A stretch of DNA of 64,000 nucleotides from Candidatus Mnemosynella biddleae (GTDB lineage Archaea > Halobacteriota > Archaeoglobi > Mnemosynellales > Mnemosynellaceae). The stretch spans positions 116,088 through 180,087 of the forward strand of contig MTMI02000003.1 of the NCBI GenBank assembly GCA_002011165.2, written 5' to 3'. A model generated the notes under the pieces. The model was not told where the DNA came from and ran no database searches. It was given only the letters and a program-made list of their open reading frames with translations. Position 1 is the first letter of the stretch. Each line of letters begins with the position of its first letter. This document shows, piece by piece, positions 48,658-59,540 of the stretch. Position numbers and translations under genes: made by a program.

Positions 48658-50895
48658 TCATGCTACTTCAGCACCAGGCTTTGCAAATTCTTTGTTTCTG
48701 GTGAAACGAGCATAAAGAGCTTTATATCTCTCAAGTTCATCCTTTGTAACAGTTGGTTTTAGTTTCTTGAGTGCCTCCTCAAAGTGTCTCTTCTCGATCT
48801 TTAGATCCTTGAGCTTTTTCTTAACTTCTTCTCTCGAATCTCCTAGTTTTATTGTTTCTCTCATAGCCAAGAGAGATGCCTCTCTAACAATTGCTTCTAT
48901 GTCCGCTCCGACATACCCATCTGTGATCTTAGCGAGATGATCAATATCCACATCCTCTGCAAGTGGTTTTCCTTTGAGATGAACCTTGAAGATCGCTTTT
49001 CTCGCCTCGAAATCTGGAGGCCCAACGTAGATCAACCTATCGAGTCTTCCCGGTCTGAGGAGTGCTGGATCTATGATATCTGGCCTGTTAGTGGCTGCAA
49101 TCACTACTACTCCTCTAAGTTCTTCGAGTCCATCCATCTCAGTTAGAAGTTGTGAGACTACCCTCTCTGTAACATTTGAATCAAAGCCTTCGCCTCTTCT
49201 TGGGGCTATTGAATCGAGCTCATCTAGGAAAACAATTGTTGGAGCTGTTTGTCTAGCTTTCTTGAATATCTCCCTGATTGCTTTCTCACTCTCTCCAACC
49301 CATTTGCTCATGATCTCTGGTCCTTTAATTGAAATGAAGTTTGCGTCACTTTCATTCGCAACTGCTTTTGCCAGAAGTGTCTTTCCAGTTCCTGGCGGAC
49401 CATACAACAGAATTCCTTTAGGAGGTTCTGTATTCAAAGCTTCAAAAGCCTCAGGATATTTTAGAGGCCACTCTACAGCCTCTCTAAGTTCTTGCTTCAC
49501 ATCCTCAAGACCTCCGATATCATCCCATCTGACCTCTGGAACCTCCACAAGTACTTCTCTCATTGCAGAGGGTTCCACTTTCTTAAGAGCCTCCATGAAA
49601 TCATCTCTTGTTACTACAAGACTCTCTATTATCTCTTTTGGAATTTCCTCTGCCTCAATATCAATCTTTGGAATGACTCTTCTAAGAGCATTCATAGCAG
49701 CTTCCTTGCACAGAGCAGCTATATCAGCTCCAACGAATCCGTGAGTCCTCTCAGCAAGTTCCTCTAAGTCAACATCGTCTGCAAGTGGCATTTTTCTAGT
49801 ATGAACTTCAAGAATCTCTTTTCTTCCATTTTTATCAGGGACTCCAATTTCAATCTCTCTGTCAAATCTTCCTGGTCTTCTGAGAGCTGGGTCTACTGCA
49901 TCTGGCCTGTTAGTGGCTGCAATCACTACTACTTTTCCTCTGCTTTTCAATCCATCCATTAAAGTGAGAAGCTGAGCAACGACTCTTCTCTCGACTTCTC
50001 CAGTAACTTCTTCTCTCTTTGGAGCTATGGAATCAATTTCATCTATGAAGATGATTGAGGGAGCGTTTTCCTCAGCTTTTTCGAAAATCTCTCTCAACTG
50101 CTTCTCGCTCTCTCCATAATACTTGCTCATGATCTCGGGACCAGCTATCGAATAGAAATTGGCTTGAACCTCGTTCGCAACTGCCTTGGCTATTAGAGTT
50201 TTACCAGTTCCAGGAGGTCCATGGAGCAGAACTCCTTTTGGAGGCTCTATTCCAAGTCTTCTGAAAAGCTCAGGGTGTTTCATTGGAAGCTCTATCATCT
50301 CTCTAACTTGCTCAAGCTCTTTCTTTAGACCCCCTATATCTTCATATGTTACTTCTGGAATGGCTCCAATCTCTTCAGCTCTTTCTCTGATGTCAATCTG
50401 AGTTCTTTCTGTGACTACTACAACCCCAGAAGGTCTTGTCTGCACAACAGTGAATACAATTGGTTCTCCGATCATTCCATACATTCCATGGTACCTCAGA
50501 TTCATTCCTTCCCACACCGGCATGTTTATCATATCATTCCTAAGGACAGTCTTTAAGCCCTGAAGATTTGTAAGCTGCATCTCCCTAGCTGGTGCAAGAA
50601 CAACTCTCTGTGCTTCTTTGACCTCTGCTTTCTTCACAGAAACTCTATCTCCGATGCTGACTCCAGCAGCTCTTCTCAGATATCCATCCATTCTGATTAT
50701 TTCCCTGTCATAAATTTCCTCTCTGGGGTCTCTTGGAAGAACCTTAGCGTAAGCACTTTTCGAACCTACGATTTCAACGAAATCTCCTGTCTGAACTCCA
50801 AGCTTTCTCATAACCTCTCTATCAATTCTCACAATTCCCCTACCCACATCCTGATGATAAGCTTCAGCAACTTTAAGTGTGATATCCTCATTCAT
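48658..50895 (-). CDS. cdc48: CDC48/VAT AAA ATPase
   Basis: Two AAA modules [28 protein letters not shown]. Confidence 0.97.
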   Translation of the reverse strand: MNEDITLKVAEAYHQDVGRGIVRIDREVMRKLGVQTGDFVEIVGSKSAYAKVLPRDPREEIYDREIIRMDGYLRRAAGVSIGDRVSVKKAEVKEAQRVVLAPAREMQLTNLQGLKTVLRNDMINMPVWEGMNLRYHGMYGMIGEPIVFTVVQTRPSGVVVVTERTQIDIRERAEEIGAIPEVTYEDIGGLKKELEQVREMIELPMKHPELFRRLGIEPPKGVLLHGPPGTGKTLIAKAVANEVQANFYSIAGPEIMSKYYGESEKQLREIFEKAEENAPSIIFIDEIDSIAPKREEVTGEVERRVVAQLLTLMDGLKSRGKVVVIAATNRPDAVDPALRRPGRFDREIEIGVPDKNGRKEILEVHTRKMPLADDVDLEELAERTHGFVGADIAALCKEAAMNALRRVIPKIDIEAEEIPKEIIESLVVTRDDFMEALKKVEPSAMREVLVEVPEVRWDDIGGLEDVKQELREAVEWPLKYPEAFEALNTEPPKGILLYGPPGTGKTLLAKAVANESDANFISIKGPEIMSKWVGESEKAIREIFKKARQTAPTIVFLDELDSIAPRRGEGFDSNVTERVVSQLLTEMDGLEELRGVVVIAATNRPDIIDPALLRPGRLDRLIYVGPPDFEARKAIFKVHLKGKPLAEDVDIDHLAKITDGYVGADIEAIVREASLLAMRETIKLGDSREEVKKKLKDLKIEKRHFEEALKKLKPTVTKDELERYKALYARFTRNKEFAKPGAEVA

Positions 50896-50900
50896 TTTTC

Positions 50901-51413
50901 TCACCTCCAACTTTCATCTTCTTCCAGTTCCAGAAGCGTTTGATTGGATCTTTCAAGGATTGATCTCTCCACCAGCTTTACAAACTCAGAGTGAAGAGCT
51001 CTCTGAATGGTCGAGAGCTCTCTCATAAGAGACCGTATTGCTTTTATTCTTTCCGATATATCTTCCATGTCCTCAAGAACCCTTTCAAGGGCATTATTGA
51101 CTCTTTCTCTTAAAGTTTTCAGATCAACGTCTTCTTCGTTTGGACAGCTAATCTCAAAGTTGAAGGGAGATAGGAATATCTCCATATGAAGATCCTTTGA
51201 GACGTAGTAGTATTTCCTTTTCTGCTCTCCATAGAAGCACTCTATGATGCCTGAAGCTTCTAAGGCTTCAAGATGCTCAATTACAGCTTTGGGACTGATT
51301 TTAAGAGTTTCAGAGATTTCAGTAACGTAACACGGCTTTTGAGAGAGTAATCTAAGTATTCTCCTGCGATTTGGATTTCCGAGAAGATCCATGACACGCT
51401 CCTGAAATTTCAT
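50901..51413 (-). CDS. ArsR-type wHTH heat-shock regulator (HSR1-like)
   Basis: [38 protein letters not shown]; coiled-coil tail; directly upstream of cdc48. Confidence 0.85.
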   Translation of the reverse strand: MKFQERVMDLLGNPNRRRILRLLSQKPCYVTEISETLKISPKAVIEHLEALEASGIIECFYGEQKRKYYYVSKDLHMEIFLSPFNFEISCPNEEDVDLKTLRERVNNALERVLEDMEDISERIKAIRSLMRELSTIQRALHSEFVKLVERSILERSNQTLLELEEDESWR

Positions 51414-51446
51414 ACTAACTTTAAGTTAGTATATTCTATATTTAAA
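51412..51446 (-). promoter_or_regulatory. HSR1-type operator CTAAC-N5-GTTAG between TATA box and start codon
   Basis: ATACTAACT-TTA-AGTTAGTAT palindrome 51412-51432; TTTAAATA about 26 nt upstream of ATG (probably leaderless). Confidence 0.8.
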
Positions 51447-51484
51447 GTTTTCTATTAAGGTAAAGTGCAAAGGTATGTTTGAGT

Positions 51485-51901
51485 TCAACTCGTTTTTATT
51501 TCTTTCTGATACTCAAAATAGGAGTATAACAACAGTATAAAAGAGGAAAAAGACTGAGGAAAGAATTATGAAAATCGCATACTCCGGAAAGAGAATTCCG
51601 AGAAATGTTACTAATCCCGCTATCTTAAACAGTTTTTCACCAACTCTATGCGTTTTCTCCCAGACGACGTGACTTCTGAGTATCCACGGAGTCCTTATTC
51701 CGACAAACCAATTTCTTTTCGCATTTTCGCAGAGAATTCCAACATAAAAAGGAGAAATTCAAGAGAAATGGGGAGAATGATATTAGGAGAGATCTTGATT
51801 CCGATATTCTAGGAGATAACCCAAATATGGATGAGAAAGAGGAAAACAACAAATCCCTCGTAATAACTTCTGAACTCTTCGATATTCTCTTTCATCGGAT
51901 C
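51485..51901 (-). pseudogene. SdpI-family immunity membrane protein remnant
   Basis: Own translation: DPMKENIEEFRSYY...*...ENAKRNWFVGIRTPW...VWEKTHRVGGKLF...YSYFEY; in-frame TAG near 51810, frameshifts, N-terminus missing. Confidence 0.75.
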
Positions 51902-51910
51902 TAATAAAAA

Positions 51911-52990
51911 TCACCTGAGACAACTCCAGTAGCTAGAATGCACCATTTTCACTTCTTCTATATTTTTTCTGAGCTTAATTAAAGCTTTTTCGTCCTTTCT
52001 CATCCTCAGATAAACCAAATAGTTCTCTGGCTCTCTGATCTGAGAGATGTCCAGCCCAGCCATTGCTGCTATTATTCCGAGATTTGTATAGGGAAGGGCT
52101 CCTTCAACACTGTAACCTCCTTCAAGAACTGCAACGAGTTTTCCCTTGCAGAATCTTTCGGATAGTTTAACTGCCTCTCTCATGATCTCTGCATATCCTC
52201 TTGCAGTTAGAGCAAGTTCAGTAATTGGATCGGTGAAATGATTGTCTTGGCCTGCGGAAATTGCTATGAACTCTGGGGAGAACTCTTCAACAACTGGTTT
52301 TATTATTTCATCCATTACTAGCATGTAACCCTCGTCAGAAGTTCCAGGAGGAAGAGGAATGTTGATGGTGAAGCCTTCTCCTTCAGCTATTCCACATTCG
52401 TAAGGATATCCTGTCCCAGGATAGAGAGGTATCTGATGAGTTGAAATGTAGAGAACTGAAGGATTATCATAGAAGATTTCCTGAGTTCCGTCACCATGAT
52501 GCGCATCCCAATCAAGGATCAGAATTCTCCTAAATCCCTTCTTCTGAAGCCATCTTACCATTATTGCAATGTTATTGAGATAGCAGAAGCCAGCACCAAT
52601 ATGCGGTTTTGCATGATGTCCCGGTGGTCTGACCATCGCAAAAGCATTCTTGACTTCTCCCTTCAAAACCGCCTCAGCAGCCCTTATAGCTCCTCCTGCT
52701 GCCAGAACCGCAACATCAAAAAGTCCCACCGGAATGTTTGTGTCCCAATCTATGATTCCTCCAGTTTTACTCTTCCTTATGAGAAAATTAACATACTCTT
52801 CTGTATGCACCTCGAGGATGTCTTCAATAGATGCTTCAAAGGGCTCCAGAATTTTGATCTCGGGAGAATCGAATATCCCTTCTTCTAAAAGCTGATCCAT
52901 CGTATATACCAATCTTTCCTTTCTCTCTGGATGTGTGGCACTCTGCTCGTATTCGAGATATTTTCTGTGATAAACGATTCCCGTAACCAT
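51911..52990 (-). CDS. Histone deacetylase-family Zn amidohydrolase
   Basis: HPE, RPPGHH, GFCYLNN, DWDAHHGDGTQ, LEGGY. Confidence 0.93.
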   Translation of the reverse strand: MVTGIVYHRKYLEYEQSATHPERKERLVYTMDQLLEEGIFDSPEIKILEPFEASIEDILEVHTEEYVNFLIRKSKTGGIIDWDTNIPVGLFDVAVLAAGGAIRAAEAVLKGEVKNAFAMVRPPGHHAKPHIGAGFCYLNNIAIMVRWLQKKGFRRILILDWDAHHGDGTQEIFYDNPSVLYISTHQIPLYPGTGYPYECGIAEGEGFTINIPLPPGTSDEGYMLVMDEIIKPVVEEFSPEFIAISAGQDNHFTDPITELALTARGYAEIMREAVKLSERFCKGKLVAVLEGGYSVEGALPYTNLGIIAAMAGLDISQIREPENYLVYLRMRKDEKALIKLRKNIEEVKMVHSSYWSCLR

Positions 52991-52992
52991 CC

Positions 52993-54498
52993 TCAGCAAC
53001 CTCTGAGCTTCTTGGCTTCTTCACTCAAACCGGGTTTCAGCTGAATTATGAGATCTGCGATGATTCCCTGACGCCATCCACCGCGAAGAACGGGATAGGA
53101 GTTAAAATAAACTATCTCCGGTTCTCCTTCGGGTTCAAATCCATAAGATTTTACGATCTCAAAAAGCTTTTTTCTCGCCTCCTCAAAGAGTTCTTCCTCA
53201 GATGGAGAGGATCCACGAGAGAATGGAGATGATTCGATGACTCCATTGAAAACTGCTTTTGAGTTTACAGTGTCAAATCTCGCGTAAACCGTTAAACTGA
53301 TTCTCGAAACCGCAACTCCAACTGCATTCATAACCTCGCTGTGCTTGGGAACGATGACCTTGGAGGAGGTCCTTTCTGAGATGAGTTTTTCCAAATGTTT
53401 CGAGAGATATCCCCCGAGAACCACTTTGTCAGTTCGAAAATCATTGATTTTCTCGACAATCTTCTTCAAGAACTCTTCGATGATTTTCGTATGGTCAACC
53501 TCTCTGAGCTCCTCACACCTTAGAGAAGCCCGATAATCACCTATTTCGAATCCCTCTAAATTCAGAACATCAGTCAGAGTTGGTTTATCACCTCCAAAAG
53601 CAATGGGCTTTCCTTCTCTTCTCGGGAGGAGCTTTCCTTCATGAATTAGAGAGTCACCACCGAAAGGAATTGAGACTGAGTTTACACATCTCACTAGAGT
53701 TCTCTCCCCCAAGATTACTGCATTCTCAACGAGTTTTGGAAGACCTCTCTCAAGGAGCACGAAATCAGTTGTAGTTCCTCCTATATCAACAACAAGAGCG
53801 TCCTCTTCTTCACTTAAGAAATGAGCTCCGAGGGCAACTGCAGCTGGACTGGAGTTGTAGAGAAGCGAGGGGTTATCCAATGCGAGTTTATAGGGAATGA
53901 GACCGCCGTCACCCTTATAGTAAAGAAAATCCTTGAAATATCTTCTCACAATCTCAGTTAACTCGAAAACAGTTTTGCGTATCTTGGCATTCACAACCGA
54001 GGTATTTATTCTCAGAGGATAGTTCATACCTCCGCAATGACGCGATAACGCAATCATCCTTTCTTCAACATATTCCTTTGCAATTCTAAAAACTCTTTCT
54101 TCTATCTCAGAATTTCTTACGCTGAATTTTGATGCAATGGCAACGTTACTGAAATTTCCTCTCTGAAGAACTCTTCTGACCTCACTCTCGTCTATCTCCT
54201 CCACACTATCTCCTCGATGATTCACATAACCTCTGAGAACCACCCCTTTTGAAGATAGATTCAGTCCTGGACCGGGAAAGAGAAGCGTGAGAGTTGGATG
54301 CTCCTGAGCTCTACTAAGAAGAAGATTCAACGGAAGTGAAGTGCTCACTGCAACTCTGGAGTTCTTTTTGATTTCGGGAAGCCTTTCGAAGATTACGGAA
54401 AAGCCCTCTTCATTCGGAACTTTCAGCGAGATGACTTCATCCTCATTTATCACAACCGCATCCGTATTGGTTCCTCCGATGTCAACTCCGACGAGCAT
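52993..54498 (-). CDS. Hydantoinase/oxoprolinase A-type (ATP-binding) protein
   Basis: GVDIGGTNTD, SKFSVRN, KGDGG, DIGGTTTD, PTLTD, NAVGVA. Confidence 0.88.
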   Translation of the reverse strand: MLVGVDIGGTNTDAVVINEDEVISLKVPNEEGFSVIFERLPEIKKNSRVAVSTSLPLNLLLSRAQEHPTLTLLFPGPGLNLSSKGVVLRGYVNHRGDSVEEIDESEVRRVLQRGNFSNVAIASKFSVRNSEIEERVFRIAKEYVEERMIALSRHCGGMNYPLRINTSVVNAKIRKTVFELTEIVRRYFKDFLYYKGDGGLIPYKLALDNPSLLYNSSPAAVALGAHFLSEEEDALVVDIGGTTTDFVLLERGLPKLVENAVILGERTLVRCVNSVSIPFGGDSLIHEGKLLPRREGKPIAFGGDKPTLTDVLNLEGFEIGDYRASLRCEELREVDHTKIIEEFLKKIVEKINDFRTDKVVLGGYLSKHLEKLISERTSSKVIVPKHSEVMNAVGVAVSRISLTVYARFDTVNSKAVFNGVIESSPFSRGSSPSEEELFEEARKKLFEIVKSYGFEPEGEPEIVYFNSYPVLRGGWRQGIIADLIIQLKPGLSEEAKKLRGC

Positions 54499-54583
54499 CA
54501 GATAGAAGAAGACAGAAGAGAAATATAAAGGATTTCCCAAAAAATTTTATAATTCGTTGAGAGAGATGAGAGATGGGAGTCTT

Positions 54584-54762
54584 ATGAATGAAGACGCTGT
54601 TCTCGGGGTTTTAAGAGATGCAGAAAGACCTCTGAGAACTGGAGAAATAGCAGAATTAACTGGAATAGATAAAAAAAGAAGTTGAGAAGATTACCAAAAA
54701 GCTGGAAAAATGAGGGGAAAATAGTCTCTCCAAAGAGATGTTATTACATTACAAATGAATGA
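54584..54762 (+). pseudogene. Small wHTH protein with two +1 frameshifts
   Basis: MNEDAVLGVLRDAERPLRTGEIAELTGIDKK / EVEKITKKL / KNEGKIVSPKRCYY; extra base in A7 run and near 54705. Confidence 0.7.
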
Positions 54763-54789
54763 TTTGAATTTAAAAAATTATGGAAGGGA

Positions 54790-55416
54790 TTAATTCCTTC
54801 TCAAAATATAGAAGACTATGAAAACAGCGACTAAAAGACTTAAAAGCTCAAACCCTGGAGACTCTCTGGTTTCGATGATGGTTGCTTGAATATTCATCGT
54901 TTTCGGACCGAAATAAATGGCGGTGTTTCCCTCCAAGACATCGGGAGATGGTTGAATATCTGAGAAGCTCATACCCTCTGGTGTCCGAATCTTCAGAATG
55001 TATCCCTCTGGAATGTAGAGATCATCCAGAACATCACTGAGATTGAGTTTTCCGTTCTCAAGAGTGCAGAAATTCTCCCAGACAAAGGAAATTTTGATCT
55101 CTCCGTGATCCCCAAGGAAGTCCTTTTCAACACTCCAAGAATGTACCTGCATTGCTCTTCCTGTTCTCTGGGATGCACTTTCTACAACTTCTGAGATTAA
55201 CTGCTGATAGGAGATGAAAGCAGACTCATCGAGAGAAGATGATATCTGGTTCCATTCCTCCTGAGAGCTCACTGGAATGCTGATTTTAATTGTTATTTGA
55301 GCTTCTCCACTCTTCTGGATGTCAATGATCCACTCAGTTTGAAAATCGCTCTGAGCGATTACGGGCGAGAATACTGAGAATAAAAGTAGAAATGGAAGTA
55401 TAATCTTTAATTTCAT
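54790..55416 (-). CDS. Secreted PGF-CTERM-anchored protein
   Basis: Signal peptide; ESASQRTGRAM and FVWENF motifs; SPGFELLSLLVAVFIVFYILRRN. Confidence 0.8.
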   Translation of the reverse strand: MKLKIILPFLLLFSVFSPVIAQSDFQTEWIIDIQKSGEAQITIKISIPVSSQEEWNQISSSLDESAFISYQQLISEVVESASQRTGRAMQVHSWSVEKDFLGDHGEIKISFVWENFCTLENGKLNLSDVLDDLYIPEGYILKIRTPEGMSFSDIQPSPDVLEGNTAIYFGPKTMNIQATIIETRESPGFELLSLLVAVFIVFYILRRN

Positions 55417-55419
55417 ATC

Positions 55420-56370
55420 TCAATGCCCCCTTTCTTCTCCATGTTTCTCCTCATGTTCCTCTTCAATCTCTTTCTGTTCTTTTGCGTGTTCCTTCATCTC
55501 TTTTGCAATCTCTCTTGCTTCTTCCCTGAACTCTTTCCCTATTTCTTTCATCCTCTCTTTAAATTCCTTCTCAGTAATGTTTCCTTTTTGGAACTCCTCG
55601 ATTGTCTCATTTATCTTCTCTTTCGTTTCATTTACAAGCTTTTTGTACTCCTCTTTATGTTCCTCTAGTTCTTCCAGTTCTTCGAGTCTCTTCATCTCCT
55701 TTTTTCTTTCCTCCATCTCTTCCCTTACCTTCTTATGGATTTTTATCATCTTTGCTATCTCTCTCACATCCTCTCCGCTCATGACTCTAGCTTTTTCCTT
55801 AAGAATCTCAATTGCAGTGGCATTCACACCCTTCTCCATGAGCTTTAACCTGAGTTTCTCGTCAAACTTTCCGTAGCTCTCTTCAAGAGCCATAAGCTCC
55901 TTCACCGCATTCCTGAACTCCATGTTTATTTTAAGCATTTCAATTGCAAACTCTGTTTCGTTGATTTCTCCGCTCTGAAATTCCTCAATAAGCTCTTTTT
56001 TCTCCTCAAGCATCTCCTGAATATGTTCTCTTAACTCTTCGGTTTTTTCCAGCATAATCTCTGCAGTCTCGCTCTCATTTGCCTTGTGCATTTGCATTAA
56101 TCTATATTCCAACATGATTGCCCGAGAATCTCCTCTGACTTCGAGAGTTATTTTAGCCATCACCATTCCAAGAGCCAATCCAGGAGGTAGCTCGGATAAG
56201 TCTTCTGTTTCATTCACAGCACTCTCATTGATTTCTCCCGCTGATGTTATTGCACTTGTTACATTTATTGTCACTTCCGTTGTCTCATTCACTTCCTGCG
56301 CAAGTGCAAGTCCACCGAGAGAGGAGAGTAGAAGCAATGAGATGATTATGCTGAACATTTCCTTCATCAT
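55420..56370 (-). CDS. Secreted helical/coiled-coil protein with N-glycosylation sequons
   Basis: Signal peptide LALA, repeated NET/NES, LPPG, GVNATAIEIL...MSGEDVREIA, repeated FQxG.I.E.EF, Glu/His-rich tail. Confidence 0.75.
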   Translation of the reverse strand: MMKEMFSIIISLLLLSSLGGLALAQEVNETTEVTINVTSAITSAGEINESAVNETEDLSELPPGLALGMVMAKITLEVRGDSRAIMLEYRLMQMHKANESETAEIMLEKTEELREHIQEMLEEKKELIEEFQSGEINETEFAIEMLKINMEFRNAVKELMALEESYGKFDEKLRLKLMEKGVNATAIEILKEKARVMSGEDVREIAKMIKIHKKVREEMEERKKEMKRLEELEELEEHKEEYKKLVNETKEKINETIEEFQKGNITEKEFKERMKEIGKEFREEAREIAKEMKEHAKEQKEIEEEHEEKHGEERGH

Positions 56371-56420
56371 TTCACATCACCTCAAACTAGAATGTCATTT
56401 TGAAAAATATAAGAGCTATG

Positions 56421-56470
56421 AAAGTTCTTTTACTTTGAATAACGTTTTAGACCGTTTATTAAAGTTTAAA
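56421..56470 (-). promoter_or_regulatory. Five 10-bp-phased imperfect direct repeats upstream of the TATA box
   Basis: aaagttcttt / tactttgaat / aacgttttag / accgtttatt / aaagtttaaa; TATA-like CTTATATT near 56406-56413. Confidence 0.5.
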
Positions 56471-56496
56471 GAGAGTGAATATGGTTCATTTCACCT

Positions 56497-57960
<1,464 letters not shown>

Positions 57961-58037
57961 TCACCGTTCCCCTTTTTTGTATCCTTACGACTCCTTATTA
58001 TTTAAAACCATTACCATATGTTCATTGAGGGAGAAAA

Positions 58038-58691
58038 ATGAGGAAGATCTTCGTGATGGATCTGAAAGATGGCATTGTTGTTCATGCCTTTAGAGGTGAG
58101 AGAGAGAAGTATGAACCAATTGAAAAGTTCAGTAAGATCGTGAGTACTTCAGATGCTATGGAGATTGTTAAAGAGCTCAAACCGAAAGAAGTTTATGTAG
58201 CTGATCTTAATGCGATAGAGAAGAATGGAAATAACTTCGAAATCATAAAGGAGCTAAGTGCAAACATTCCGGTTATGGCAGATTGCGGAGTTAGAGATGA
58301 GAAGGATCTCCAGAATATCAGAAAATTGAGATGTACTCCAGTGATTGGAACTGAGACTGCAGAAAAGAGAATTTTTGAGATCTCAACTGGATGTGTGGCA
58401 AGCATTGATATCAAGGATGATAAAGTTCTCGGAGGATGGAAAAGTGTGGAAGAAGCTGTGAAATTTCTCAATGAGAGTCTGGTTAAGGAGATTATAATTC
58501 TCGATATAAGCAGGGTTGGAACTGGTAGAGGATGGAGAAAAAATGAAATTGAGAGAATTGTGAGACTTTCAGAAAAACCTGTGATTATTGGCGGGGGAAT
58601 AAAAGCAAATGACCTTGAAATGATGGAAGACTGTGGAGTCTCAGGGGTTCTTGTGTCAACCTCTGTTCATCTAGGAGAGCTGAAGTTATGA
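58038..58691 (+). CDS. HisA/HisF-related TIM-barrel protein (C1-cofactor-linked type)
   Basis: MDLKDGIVVH, GEREKY, YVADLNAI, LDISRVGTG, GGGI. Confidence 0.8.
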   Translation: MRKIFVMDLKDGIVVHAFRGEREKYEPIEKFSKIVSTSDAMEIVKELKPKEVYVADLNAIEKNGNNFEIIKELSANIPVMADCGVRDEKDLQNIRKLRCTPVIGTETAEKRIFEISTGCVASIDIKDDKVLGGWKSVEEAVKFLNESLVKEIIILDISRVGTGRGWRKNEIERIVRLSEKPVIIGGGIKANDLEMMEDCGVSGVLVSTSVHLGELKL

Positions 58692-59512
58692 GAATTGCCT
58701 TGGTTTATACCAAGAGAACATGGGAAATCGAAAGAATTGAAGAAGAGATGAGAAGAGGAGGAGTGGAGATTGAACGTTACTATCCTTCAGAGTTCTCTCT
58801 GAAGATTGAAGAGGGCGAGATGAAGGTTTTACCAGAAATTCAAGCTGATGCAATCTATTTCAGAGGTCCGGGAAAGGGTAGCTGGGAGGAGACAACGATA
58901 AGAATGAACATATTCAAAGTTATAAATCAAAGTATTCCCGTAGTAAACTCACCAGAAAGCATAGAAAAGTGCACTGACAAAATGGAGGCAACAATAAGAC
59001 TTTTCCTTTCCGGAATTCCAGTTCCTGAAACTTTCATAGTTCAGAAAGAAGATATTACAGAGGAATTTCTGAAGAAATACAAAAAGGTGATTCGAAAACC
59101 ACTTTTCGGAAGCAAAGGAGAAGGAATAGAGATGATAAAAAGGGGAGGGACAGGATATCTTCAGAAATATATCGAGCACGGAGGAAGAGACATAAGAACC
59201 TTCGTTGTAGGAGATGAAGTCCTTGGAGCGGTTTGCAGAGTTAGAAAGGGGTCTCTGGTGACTAATGTTGCGAGAGGTGGTAGAACAGAGGTCTGTGAGC
59301 TTGATGAAGAGCTCAGAGATCTCTCAATCCTTTCTGCAAGGGCTCTTGGAGCAGAGATCTGTGGAGTTGATATAGTGGAGAGTAAAGAGGGAAGATACGT
59401 CATCGAGGTGAACTCATCTCCTTCGTGGAAAGGTTTTCAGAGTGCCACAAAAATAAACGTTGCATCCAAGATTGTGGAATATTTTCTGAGAGGATGCCCA
59501 GAACACAAGTGA
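58688..59512 (+). CDS. RimK-family ATP-grasp alpha-glutamate ligase (MptN/CofF-like)
   Basis: VNS..I..C.DK, KPLFGSKGEG, DIRTFVVG, TNVARGG, EVNSSP. Confidence 0.85.
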   Translation: MRIALVYTKRTWEIERIEEEMRRGGVEIERYYPSEFSLKIEEGEMKVLPEIQADAIYFRGPGKGSWEETTIRMNIFKVINQSIPVVNSPESIEKCTDKMEATIRLFLSGIPVPETFIVQKEDITEEFLKKYKKVIRKPLFGSKGEGIEMIKRGGTGYLQKYIEHGGRDIRTFVVGDEVLGAVCRVRKGSLVTNVARGGRTEVCELDEELRDLSILSARALGAEICGVDIVESKEGRYVIEVNSSPSWKGFQSATKINVASKIVEYFLRGCPEHK

Positions 59513-59540
59513 TTTATGAGACGGAGAAGTTGAAGAAATT

